Assembly (NCBI GenBank): GCA_964370805.1
Contig: CAYJKM010000004.1
Location: 1-45,082, forward strand
Direction: 5' to 3'
DNA: 45,082 bases
DNA from: an uncultured Alphaproteobacteria bacterium
GTDB taxonomy: Bacteria; Electryoneota; RPQS01
Shown in pieces: positions 1 to 8,564 of this stretch (positions within the stretch are counted from its first letter, which is position 1; every line of letters starts with the position of its first letter). A program made the position numbers and the translations under genes. The notes below the pieces were generated by a model. The model saw only the letters and a program-made list of their open reading frames with translations. It was not told the origin of the DNA and made no database searches.

Positions 1-1
1 G

Positions 2-3000
2 AGCGGTACAGTCTCAACCAGCAGCGACGGCATCCGCCTGCGTGGCCCCGGCTGCAATCACAACCGCTTTGAGAATCTCGCCGTTCGTGGTTTTGGCGAT
101 GCCTTTGATTTGGACGGGCTGACAGTCGCAAACAGCGTCAATCTGATTCGCGGCTGCAGGGTTGACAGTGTCCGCCGCGGCATCGTCGCCTACCGGCAGG
201 ATCGCCTCCTGATTGACAGAAACGATATCTCTGTCAATGCCGGCAGCGTGGAAGAAGTTGACGGCATCTATATCGGAACAATCTGGCCGCAAGATTCCGT
301 CACCATCAGCGCGAACATGATTCACGCCATCGCGGTGAACGGAGCCTATGCCGCTGGGCTTCGCATTAAGCCGGATTCCGCACAGGCAGTCGTTCGGGTT
401 TGCAACAACTTCATCTATGACTTCCAGAATTCCGGCAACTCGCAGATTCGCGCCCTGTACGTCTCTTCCGGAGATGTCGCGTGTTTCGCCAATAATCTGA
501 ATCTCAACAACACCGCTGCGACCGGCAGCTCGTACGGTCTATATCTCGCCACCTTTGCCGCTAATGGACGGGTCGCGCTTTACAACAATATTCTTGTGAA
601 TCGCGAGGCGGCGGACGCCGCCTACAATATTTTCTGCGTTTCTACCGGAATCAATCTCGCGTCCGACTACAACATTGTGAACGGGACTGGCAACAATTAT
701 CATGTCGGCCGTTTCGGTACGGACTGCGACGCGCTCGCGGACTGGCAACTGGCGAGCGGCGCAGACACTCACTCCCTCAGCGGCGATCCGGGTTATCTCA
801 GTGAGACGGACTTGCATCTCTCCCCGCTCAACGGGCTCGCCCACCTGAACGGCGCTGTCATTCCGGAGTTGATCTCCGATATTGACGGCCAGATCCGGCA
901 AGTTCCACCCGACCGCGGCGCGGATGAGTACGAGTTTCTTGCTCCCGATAACGATGTGGCGGTGCTTGGCTTTCACAATGTTGCTGCCGCTTATCCGGAA
1001 TTCTCAACGGTTGACGTTGCCGTGATCCTGCAGAACCGCGGCACCTTGGATCAGCGCGAGACGTTTGTTCAACTCTACTTCAATGAAGAAGCGTGCGCGG
1101 AAGCCGTCGTACGAATTGACGCATCCCGTACGGACACGGTCATGGTTCCGTGGCCGACTCCTTCTGCCGGCAACGCCGGAATGCTTCGGGCCAGATGTTC
1201 TGTTTCGGAGGATGCCGTGCCTCAGAATGACACGGCTGCCGTGTTTGTCACGATTGTACCGGCTCCGTTGAGCGGAAACTACTCCATTGACTCTGAGGGC
1301 GGCGGGTACACGTCGTTCACTGAAGCCGTCAACGATCTCGTCCTGCGGGGAGTTTCCGGACCGGTTACATTCTATGTAGTGCCCGGCACGTACGGCGAAG
1401 CTCTGTCGATTGGGACGATTGCGGGGGCATCCGGTACAAATCGCATCACGTTTGCTCGCGATCCCCTCGCCCGCACAGAGGTCATCCTGACATCCGATGT
1501 TGCTCCTGCCGTATTGTGGCTCGCTGGCGCGCACTTCGTCACGTTTGATAACATCCATATCACTGCCGTCGCACCCTGCCCCACTGCCGTGCTGCTGTCG
1601 AACGATGCCGATAGCAATCGCTTAGTCAACGCCGCCATCAACGGCTCCTCTTTGTTCAGCATTACGTCGCACGGGATTCACCTTCTTGGCGGCGGCAACG
1701 ACGACAACGTGTTCGAGCATCTTACGTTCAATGGAGCAACCGAAGGGATTCATTTGGAAGGCAACCCGCAATGGCCGGATCTTGGCACGATTGTCCGTCA
1801 GTGTCTCGTTTCGTCATCGCGATTCGCGGTGCACACCGCTTACCAGGACAACCTGTTGCTCACGCAGAATACTTTTCAAACGGGCTATGACGGTGCGCTT
1901 CAGCCATGTGTTGGCGTCCTAATCAGCGCGCAGAACCCGGCTGATTCGTTGCGCATCGAACGAAACTACTTCATTGGCGGCCGCGCCGATGCCAGTTGCT
2001 ATGGGATCCGCTGCGAGAGCGAATCAGGCCTCAATCTCATCAACAACAATTTCTTTTCCGCCTGGAACGTCAGTGCCGGCGAAGCCTGCGCCATTGCCGC
2101 CGTCAGTGGTACGATCGATGCCAGCTTCAACAGCATCTGGATGAACGACGTTTCCGCGTCATCCGTTGCGGCCGTGACTGACTCGGGCGCGGAGCTTTCG
2201 CTTCGCAACAACATTGTCTATGTGAGCGAATCCGACTCGCCTGCAACTTGCCTCAATTGGCATGCCGGTCCACTCCTTTCGGATTACAACTGTTTTTACG
2301 GCGACACGACGAACAACCGATTCAGCCTTGCCGCGGGCCCGGACGCGGATTATGCATCCTGGTTCGCCTGGAATTCCGCCACCGGATTGGACTCCCACAG
2401 CGTGGTCGGTGATCCCCAGTTCGTCAGCCCCACGGACTTGCATATTGTCAGTGATGCCGGTCTCGTCTCCGGCGCCGGAGTGACGGTTGCCGGCATCGCC
2501 GCCGACATTGACAATGATCTGCGCAATGCTCCACCCGATATTGGCGCCGATGAATACGACCTGATGAGCATCACCAATGACGTCCGGCTATTGTGGATCG
2601 CGCAGCCGGACACTCTGTTTAACGCCGACACATCCTACGCATTCAGCATCTGCGTCATCAATTCCGGCGACTCCGCTCAGCCAAGCGTTCCTGTAAGCCT
2701 GTTGTTCGATAATGTCCTTCAGGATGAGCATTGGGTGTCATTGCCTGCCGGGGATACGGCAACAGTCAACCTGACATGGACCACTCCAAACGTCGGCCTG
2801 ATGTTCTCCGGACTTGAAATCATCTGCGATCTGCCCGGAGATCAGCTTCCTCTCAATAACTCATTGGAGCTGTCCGTTACGGTTGTCGGACCACCCATGA
2901 GCGGTGAATACGTCGTCGGCGGCGCAGACGAGCTGCCGTCATTGGCCGTTGTCGCACAGCATTTGTTGTATCGCGGCGTGTCAGCTCCGGTTACGTTCAG

Positions 3001-4441
3001 CCTTTTGCCCGGTCAATATGTAGAGCGCGTACGATTCTTCCCCGTTCCGGGAGCATCCGCGGCTGCACCCATCGTCATCGAGTCCCTGAACGACGCCGTG
3101 CTGCTGAGGTGCGATTCCGGCAGCGCCGTGGTCGAATTCAATGGCGCCGATCACTTCACGTTGCGTGGCCTGGCAATTCAAGCTGTAGAACAATGCCCGG
3201 GAGCAGTGTTGCTGCATTCCGGCGCCGACAGCAATCTCATTGAGAATTGCGCGCTGCGCTCGTCCGACTCATTGCACGGCGCCACGTACGGAGTGCGCAT
3301 TGAACTCGACGGCAACGACCACAACACACTGCACAACCTGACCATTGACGGCGCATTTATAGGCGTTGCCCTGCAGAACGGCCCCTCGGCGGCGCAGAGC
3401 ATTGGAAACGAGATTCGCGCTTGCATGATTCGGCATGCGCGTTTCGGCATCTACGTTGACAATCAAATCGCGTGCGCGATTCACGAATGCGATCTGCAGC
3501 CCGGTTCACCCAGTCCCGTGGCGGCAGCGTGCTACGGAATCTATGTTGCCGCCCTGGGAACGGGGGGCTCCGTTGCCGTCTTCAATAACCGCATTCATGG
3601 TTTTGCGGATGCTTCACTCTCGACGTCAAACCGGGCGGTCGGCATCTACAGTTCCCCGGCTGCCGGCGCCGCGGCGCTGATCTACAACAATTTCATCTAC
3701 GACTTTGCCGCCGTCGCAGGTCTCAAGCTCAACGGTCTCTATCTGTCGCAAGGCAGCAATACCGTCCTCCATAACAGCATCCGGATCAACAACTCAGCCA
3801 CGAACAACGAGATCGCCGGCGTCTACATTTCCTCGGGAAATGAACAGTGGATCCGGAACAACATCGTCGTCTGTGACGAAGCAGATGTGCCGAGTGTTGG
3901 AATTCTCTCCAACTCTTCCGCGTTCGCGAGTGATTACAACGACATCTATGGCGCCGGCCCCTTCTTTGCCGTTGCTCAGGTAGCCGGGACAACCTATGCG
4001 TCACTCGTTGATTGGCAATCCACGGGGTCAGACTCGCATAGCATTTCCGCAGATCCCGGATTCATCAGCGATCAAGACCTGCACATTTCTCCGACTGACT
4101 CGACGGCGGGCAATCGCGGCCTCTATTCATCGCTTGTTCAAACCGACATTGATCTTGACTTGCGGCTGGATCCGCCCGATCTTGGGGCTGATGAATATAC
4201 GGTCGGGACTCCACCTCCGGCCGTGACTGACGTAACCATCATCCGGCGGTCGTCCACGGTCCTGCTTCGCTGGCCGGCTGTTGTCGGCGCCACAGCGTAT
4301 CGTGTCTATGCCTCGTCAACCCCGGATGTGCAGCCCATCCTCGCGAATTTAGTGGCGACGGTAGCAACCACGCACTATGTTGATGCCAATCTCAACTTGA
4401 CAAGCAGATTCTACATCATCACGGCAGTTTCGTCTCCCTGA
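2..4441 (+). CDS. Giant secreted/surface right-handed beta-helix repeat protein. It has three ~540-aa modules (Ig/CARDB-like plus parallel beta-helix) and a C-terminal FN3-like domain. The 5' end runs off the window.
   Basis: The frame is open from base 2; the ORF track starts at a TTG at 110. Asn/Gly-rich beta-helix rungs are visible (NNxIY, NNRIHG). The motif DSHS-x-GDPxF-x3-DLH ... PPDxGADEY occurs three times, and the tail reads LLRWPAVVGATAYRVYASS. Confidence 0.8.
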   Translation, partial: SGTVSTSSDGIRLRGPGCNHNRFENLAVRGFGDAFDLDGLTVANSVNLIRGCRVDSVRRGIVAYRQDRLLIDRNDISVNAGSVEEVDGIYIGTIWPQDSVTISANMIHAIAVNGAYAAGLRIKPDSAQAVVRVCNNFIYDFQNSGNSQIRALYVSSGDVACFANNLNLNNTAATGSSYGLYLATFAANGRVALYNNILVNREAADAAYNIFCVSTGINLASDYNIVNGTGNNYHVGRFGTDCDALADWQLASGADTHSLSGDPGYLSETDLHLSPLNGLAHLNGAVIPELISDIDGQIRQVPPDRGADEYEFLAPDNDVAVLGFHNVAAAYPEFSTVDVAVILQNRGTLDQRETFVQLYFNEEACAEAVVRIDASRTDTVMVPWPTPSAGNAGMLRARCSVSEDAVPQNDTAAVFVTIVPAPLSGNYSIDSEGGGYTSFTEAVNDLVLRGVSGPVTFYVVPGTYGEALSIGTIAGASGTNRITFARDPLARTEVILTSDVAPAVLWLAGAHFVTFDNIHITAVAPCPTAVLLSNDADSNRLVNAAINGSSLFSITSHGIHLLGGGNDDNVFEHLTFNGATEGIHLEGNPQWPDLGTIVRQCLVSSSRFAVHTAYQDNLLLTQNTFQTGYDGALQPCVGVLISAQNPADSLRIERNYFIGGRADASCYGIRCESESGLNLINNNFFSAWNVSAGEACAIAAVSGTIDASFNSIWMNDVSASSVAAVTDSGAELSLRNNIVYVSESDSPATCLNWHAGPLLSDYNCFYGDTTNNRFSLAAGPDADYASWFAWNSATGLDSHSVVGDPQFVSPTDLHIVSDAGLVSGAGVTVAGIAADIDNDLRNAPPDIGADEYDLMSITNDVRLLWIAQPDTLFNADTSYAFSICVINSGDSAQPSVPVSLLFDNVLQDEHWVSLPAGDTATVNLTWTTPNVGLMFSGLEIICDLPGDQLPLNNSLELSVTVVGPPMSGEYVVGGADELPSLAVVAQHLLYRGVSAPVTFSLLPGQYVERVRFFPVPGASAAAPIVIESLNDAVLLRCDSGSAVVEFNGADHFTLRGLAIQAVEQCPGAVLLHSGADSNLIENCALRSSDSLHGATYGVRIELDGNDHNTLHNLTIDGAFIGVALQNGPSAAQSIGNEIRACMIRHARFGIYVDNQIACAIHECDLQPGSPSPVAAACYGIYVAALGTGGSVAVFNNRIHGFADASLSTSNRAVGIYSSPAAGAAALIYNNFIYDFAAVAGLKLNGLYLSQGSNTVLHNSIRINNSATNNEIAGVYISSGNEQWIRNNIVVCDEADVPSVGILSNSSAFASDYNDIYGAGPFFAVAQVAGTTYASLVDWQSTGSDSHSISADPGFISDQDLHISPTDSTAGNRGLYSSLVQTDIDLDLRLDPPDLGADEYTVGTPPPAVTDVTIIRRSSTVLLRWPAVVGATAYRVYASSTPDVQPILANLVATVATTHYVDANLNLTSRFYIITAVSSP

Positions 4442-4640
4442 ATGGCCCACCTTTCAAATCCTAACCTACCCAATCGCGCCTCCCCGAGTACGAAATTCTT
4501 ACTGGAGTATCCAGAATCGGCTAAGTGCTGATCTTACTGAATGTCTCCGATTACGCTTTTTTGCCTCTCAGATTTGCCATAATCTAACGTAAAACATTAA
4601 ATACATTTGCTTTATAACTTCTATCGACCTCCGAATCCAC

Positions 4641-4669
4641 TTGACTTCGTGTAAAATTTAACATAAATT
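4641..4669 (+). promoter_or_regulatory. Sigma70-like promoter candidate for the Rrf2 gene (TTGACT-N17-TAAATT)
   Basis: TTGACT at 4641-4646, a 17-nt spacer, then TAAATT at 4664-4669, about 30 nt upstream of the ATG at 4699. Confidence 0.35.
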
Positions 4670-4698
4670 GAGACGTAAAGATCAGGAAGTAACCAAAA

Positions 4699-5211
4699 AT
4701 GTTATCCGCAACCTGGCAGTACTCCGTTCGTGCTCTGGTGCACCTTGCGGTCGCCCGGGGCAAGACTCCGATTCTCGCAAGCCATATCTCCGAAGCCGAG
4801 GGCATTCCGCTTCCGTTCCTGTCCAAGATTCTACATTCCCTCAAGATTGCCGGGATCGTCACAGCGACTCGTGGCCAGAAGGGCGGCTACGTCATGTCAC
4901 GCGATCCGGCCACACTGTCGCTTTTGGAAGTCGCGCGCCTAACCGACCATGTTGACTTCGGCGAGCAGTGCCTGTTGGGCTACAAGTTCTGCAGCACGCA
5001 CACGAACTGCGTCATGCACCGTGAATGGGAAGGGATCAAAAAGGACATCTATCGCTTCCTTGAAACCATGACCATCGAGAAGCTGGCGGTGGATTTTGCG
5101 CGCGGCAATCTGGACATTGACGGCATGCTGCATTTCCGTCAGCCGCCGCTGCGGCCGCCCTACGAAGTTTCCGAGTCCGATACCGAAGATTTTCCCTCCT
5201 ATCGCCGATAG
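4699..5211 (+). CDS. Rrf2-family (IscR/NsrR-like) transcriptional regulator with a 3-Cys cluster
   Basis: The N-terminal winged helix is typical of Rrf2 (YSVRALVHLA, ISEAEGIPLPFLSKILHSLKIAGIV, RGQKGGY). A C-x7-C-x5-C stretch follows (CLLGYKFCSTHTNC). The stop is TAG. Confidence 0.9.
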   Translation: MLSATWQYSVRALVHLAVARGKTPILASHISEAEGIPLPFLSKILHSLKIAGIVTATRGQKGGYVMSRDPATLSLLEVARLTDHVDFGEQCLLGYKFCSTHTNCVMHREWEGIKKDIYRFLETMTIEKLAVDFARGNLDIDGMLHFRQPPLRPPYEVSESDTEDFPSYRR

Positions 5212-5230
5212 TTCAACCATAGGCGAAAGC

Positions 5231-5262
5231 AAAAGCGCGGGCCCCTCTCCCGCGCTTTTTGT
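5231..5262. terminator. Bidirectional rho-independent terminator
   Basis: Stem GCGCGGG / CCCGCGC, flanked by AAAA upstream and TTTTT downstream. Confidence 0.7.
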
Positions 5263-5296
5263 TTGGTCACCAGTCTTGCCCTCAAACCTATTTGAC

Positions 5297-5327
5297 AAAA
5301 AAGACGAGGCTTGCGCCTCGCCTTTTT
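5297..5327. terminator. Second bidirectional terminator, serving the minus-strand gene that ends at 5348
   Basis: Hairpin CGAGGC-TTGC-GCCTCG, flanked by AAAAAA and TTTTT. Confidence 0.6.
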
Positions 5328-5347
5328 CATGTCGAGTTTCCTGAGAA

Positions 5348-6499
5348 TCAGCGACGGCTCCGCCTTTGGTCTCCTCTGAGTCTTGGAGCCGATTCGCCTC
5401 TGTCACTTTTTGGAGCACGGTACTGTTCGACGCGCCGCGATTCGCTGTTCTTGCTTTGCGGTGCGCGGTATTGCTGCTTATCCTGTGGCTTAATCTTCTC
5501 GCGCGGCGGCTCGCGACGTATTGTATTCGAAGCGCGAACATCCGGTTTGCTTCGTTCTTTTGAACGGTCCTGAATCTGCCGCTTGGGCGGCTCAGATTTT
5601 GGCACGTACAACTTGCGTTCCGCCGGCGGGCGCGAAGCGACATTCCGCTTGTAAGTTTCGCTCCGCAGAGTCACCGACTTGCGATCATAGGCTCGCTCCG
5701 GTTTGGCGGGCGCCTTGCGATAGTCATCCTTGCGCGGCTGCGGCTTCACAGCAGGCGGCGGTGTTGATGGACTTGAACGCCGGTAAGCGTCGTTAGCCTT
5801 TTGCGGACGGTCGCTTCCGCCAGTCCCATCCCCCCAGCGATCATAGCTTCTGGCACGTCGCCCCGAGCGGTGGCTGGGACGCTCGTATCCCTGCCCATCT
5901 CTCCAGTAGGAGCCTCCTTGGCAGTAGCGAGGACCGTGATGCCAGTCGTGATGATGATGATGCCAGCGCGGGCCGTAATAGCAGATGTAAATCGGGGGCG
6001 GCGGGGGCGGAAGTATCAGGTACACGAAGTAGATCGGCGGGCAGTCGTACCAAACCATGTACGACACACAGCTCGCGCGGTAGCCAAGTGAATAGTAGTA
6101 GTCATCGGCGAAAATCACCCAATAGGGTACCCCCTCATTGTTCGTCAGAACAAAGTGAAAATCGGGCCCCCAGATTTCGCCGGCGAAATACCAATCGGTG
6201 TAACGATCTGTCGGGTCGTACCAGACTTCCATTTCGACGTACTCGCCTTGCGGCAAGTAATAACCCTGCTCGCTCCAATAAGATTCAGGACCGAGCACAA
6301 CGGAAACATCGTATCCGTCGTCGGTCTGGATGTAAGCAATCTGATCATCGACGACGACGACGAAGCCACTGATGTAGGTGCGCTCCAGCTTGTACGTATC
6401 GGTCTCATAGTAAGCAGGGGCCGGTATCGCGATTCCCAGAATGCCGACGACCAGTGCGCTGATAAGTGATAACATGCAGTGTCGCATGGCAAGCCTCAT
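5348..6499 (-). CDS. Exported hypothetical protein: Tyr/Trp-rich globular domain, PPPPPP tract, His-rich tract and a ~190-aa Arg/Lys/Pro/Ser-rich disordered tail
   Basis: 398-codon ORF. The probable start is Met16 (MRLAMRHCMLSLISALVVGILGIAIPAPA, signal-like). Visible tracts are RWHHHHHDWHHG and the tail repeats QYRAPQS / QYRAPKS. No family was recognised. Confidence 0.55.
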   Translation of the reverse strand: MRLAMRHCMLSLISALVVGILGIAIPAPAYYETDTYKLERTYISGFVVVVDDQIAYIQTDDGYDVSVVLGPESYWSEQGYYLPQGEYVEMEVWYDPTDRYTDWYFAGEIWGPDFHFVLTNNEGVPYWVIFADDYYYSLGYRASCVSYMVWYDCPPIYFVYLILPPPPPPIYICYYGPRWHHHHHDWHHGPRYCQGGSYWRDGQGYERPSHRSGRRARSYDRWGDGTGGSDRPQKANDAYRRSSPSTPPPAVKPQPRKDDYRKAPAKPERAYDRKSVTLRSETYKRNVASRPPAERKLYVPKSEPPKRQIQDRSKERSKPDVRASNTIRREPPREKIKPQDKQQYRAPQSKNSESRRVEQYRAPKSDRGESAPRLRGDQRRSRR

Positions 6500-6867
6500 T
6501 GCAGTTGAATGCTGTGCTGTAGGTGGCACACACCAACCCGTCACTTTTTTAAGCGGTCGATAGGGTCGGACTATGCCCGTCGGGCCCGGCGCAGACGGGC
6601 CAATTCGGCACCCAGACCGACCCCAACCAATTCCCCGTATTGGTTGAGGCCAGCACGCCTCTCTTTCCCCTATCTTTCCATTTCCGATCTCTAAGTAACT
6701 CCAGTGCCAATCCGACCCAACCTCAACTCTGTCTTGAAATTGAACAAACTGACAATTAACAACTGCTTTTTAGGAACATTAATGCTTATCATATCGTCGA
6801 ATAGACGGACATATGCCGTCTACAACGGAGTTGTGCACTTCACAAACCCAAGATGAGAAAGTTATTG

Positions 6868-7725
6868 TTAATATTCGTAGTTGTGTCTGCTGTCAGTGTA
6901 CTCCCATGCAGTGAGATCGTTGTTAAAAAAGCCGCAGGCGGCGAGAGCATGGGGATTCCCCGCAAAGTCGTAGTAGGTCTCAATAATCCGAAAGTACAGG
7001 CGAGCCTGCTTGTTGATAAGAGAATCAATCAACCCCTGACTCAAAACCCTGTCGGAGCTACCAATGGGATATGGAATATTTACTCCGATAGAGGCTCCGC
7101 TTTTTTCTGGGATTATACTCCTTCTGTCGGGGAAAATGTCATCCGTCAAACCTACGGCCGTTTGTGTGAAGTTATTCCAATCGTAAGCAGGGCTGTTTCC
7201 AGTGTTGATAATTTCAGCACTACACCGGACAACTTCGCCAGCCTTCATGAGCCTGAAGTTTTTCAACGGAATCAGAGCCTTGACCGAAAGATAAGCGCGG
7301 TTCGCGACAACGGCAGACTCTCGCATGATGTCGGTCTGTTGTTCCATGAAGGCACTCTGCCCAGAGATGATCGTATTCTGTTTTTCCATGAGCGTAGTTT
7401 GCCGAGACATACTGACGGTCTGGGAGCCCATGAGGTCAGCTTGCTTGCTCATAATCCCAGTTTGCCTACTCAGAACGCAAAGTTGAAAAATGGTAGTCCC
7501 AGCCATAACAACAGTAGCAAGCATTATTGTAAAGTTGATACCTCGTCCACTTTTTTCTTCGTGGACGTATTTACATCTATCGGACTCGTTAGTTGTGGAG
7601 CCTTTCTCGCCCTTTACCCCGTTATCTTTCGAAGTTGGTTCTGGTGGGATGCCACCTTGGCTCCTTGTGGAGTCTTCATTATTCTCTTTACCATTCTTGG
7701 GGCTTGACTCTGTGCCATTAGTCAT
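6868..7725 (-). CDS. Single-pass membrane protein of unknown function: disordered N-terminus, TM helix, seven tandem heptads, C-terminal beta-rich domain
   Basis: AAGGAG sits 7 nt upstream of the ATG at 7725; the track ORF begins at a GTG at 7746. The TM segment is INFTIMLATVVMAGTTIFQLCVL. The heptads are SRQTGIM SKQADLM GSQTVSM SRQTTLM EKQNTII SGQSAFM EQQTDIM. The surrounding DNA is AT-rich. Confidence 0.6.
   Translation of the reverse strand: MTNGTESSPKNGKENNEDSTRSQGGIPPEPTSKDNGVKGEKGSTTNESDRCKYVHEEKSGRGINFTIMLATVVMAGTTIFQLCVLSRQTGIMSKQADLMGSQTVSMSRQTTLMEKQNTIISGQSAFMEQQTDIMRESAVVANRAYLSVKALIPLKNFRLMKAGEVVRCSAEIINTGNSPAYDWNNFTQTAVGLTDDIFPDRRSIIPEKSGASIGVNIPYPIGSSDRVLSQGLIDSLINKQARLYFRIIETYYDFAGNPHALAACGFFNNDLTAWEYTDSRHNYEY
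7324..7470 (-). repeat. Seven degenerate 21-nt tandem repeats encoding the heptad array (consensus S-x-Q-T-x-L/I-M)
   Basis: Within aa 93-141 of the track ORF, Gln recurs every 7 residues in all seven repeats. Met recurs every 7 residues in six of seven repeats, with Ile in the fifth. Confidence 0.7.
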
Positions 7726-8564
7726 GGAGATCTCCTTCTTAAACACAAGATAAAAGCTCGTCCCCTGTGAGACGAGCTACGAAAAATCGGGCTGGGGCAG
7801 CCCCTACTACAACACACTGCGACCAGCCGTAAATCGCCATGAGTGGAGAGCCTCAAAGAGGTCGCCCCGGCTTTACTTATGGTGTGCAGCTCTGACAACC
7901 GCCCCAGAGCAATATCTTGATCTCATGGCATCGCGCCATAAAAAAGACCTGCATTGTCCGTGAAAACTCCACAGGCGGTTATTTCCGCAAGGCCTCGCTG
8001 TGGGGGTTCCCCACAGTGCCCTTGCATAGTAACGTCTTATGCCTTGCCTTTTTTGTAGATCGTTATGTCAGACGGTTCGACGTTCACGCGTCGGAGTAAG
8101 GTACGATCCTGTCAATAGCTTCGCCAACACAGCGAAAACCTGTGTGGTCACGAGTCCTCCTTTGGTTTAGACCCTATGGGAGTCCTCTTCTATTGAGAGG
8201 TTAGTGCAAAAATATAAAGCAATTTCCAGAGAGTCAAGCGGTTTCGGTTGATTCTCTGCGAGCAGGTCTTTGACATTGAAAAGGAGGACGATCGGGGCAA
8301 ACAGGCAATCCCGACCGGAAGATATTGACTTTCCGTCCGTTAGGTTCCGGCCGGTTTGCAGTAGCCGTACCCGGCTCGGCGAGACACGGGATCCGCTTCA
8401 TCTGTCATCGCGCTTCTGACATCTCTCCATACCAAAGAGTAGTTACGAGGCTTCGTTCCGTCACTTTTCCCGCTCACACGCAACCCTTAACTCCTGACAT
8501 CCTTGCACATGGTCTTCGCCCCTCACCAAATCGACCAAACCGTAATTGTCATCCTGAAGCCATT

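Noticed and set aside
4939-5643. 234-aa minus-strand ORF spanning the Rrf2 3' end, two terminators and the tail of the next gene
   Set aside because: It reads straight through two bidirectional terminators and overlaps two better-supported genes. The translation is low-complexity.
6853-7707. 284-aa plus-strand ORF with a signal-peptide-like start, almost coextensive with the minus-strand ORF at 6868-7746
   Set aside because: It is codon-aligned antisense to the minus-strand gene (a shadow frame) and has no SD site. Its middle merely mirrors the heptad repeats. The minus-strand gene has a perfect AAGGAG RBS and a coherent domain layout.
7747-8564. Possible RNase P RNA, tmRNA or SRP RNA in the long noncoding stretch
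   Set aside because: Only vague resemblances were found: GAGGACTCCCATAGGG on the minus strand versus the RNase P P4 region, and a GGTTCGA string. There is no tRNA-like end, tag ORF or SRP GGAA-motif helix.
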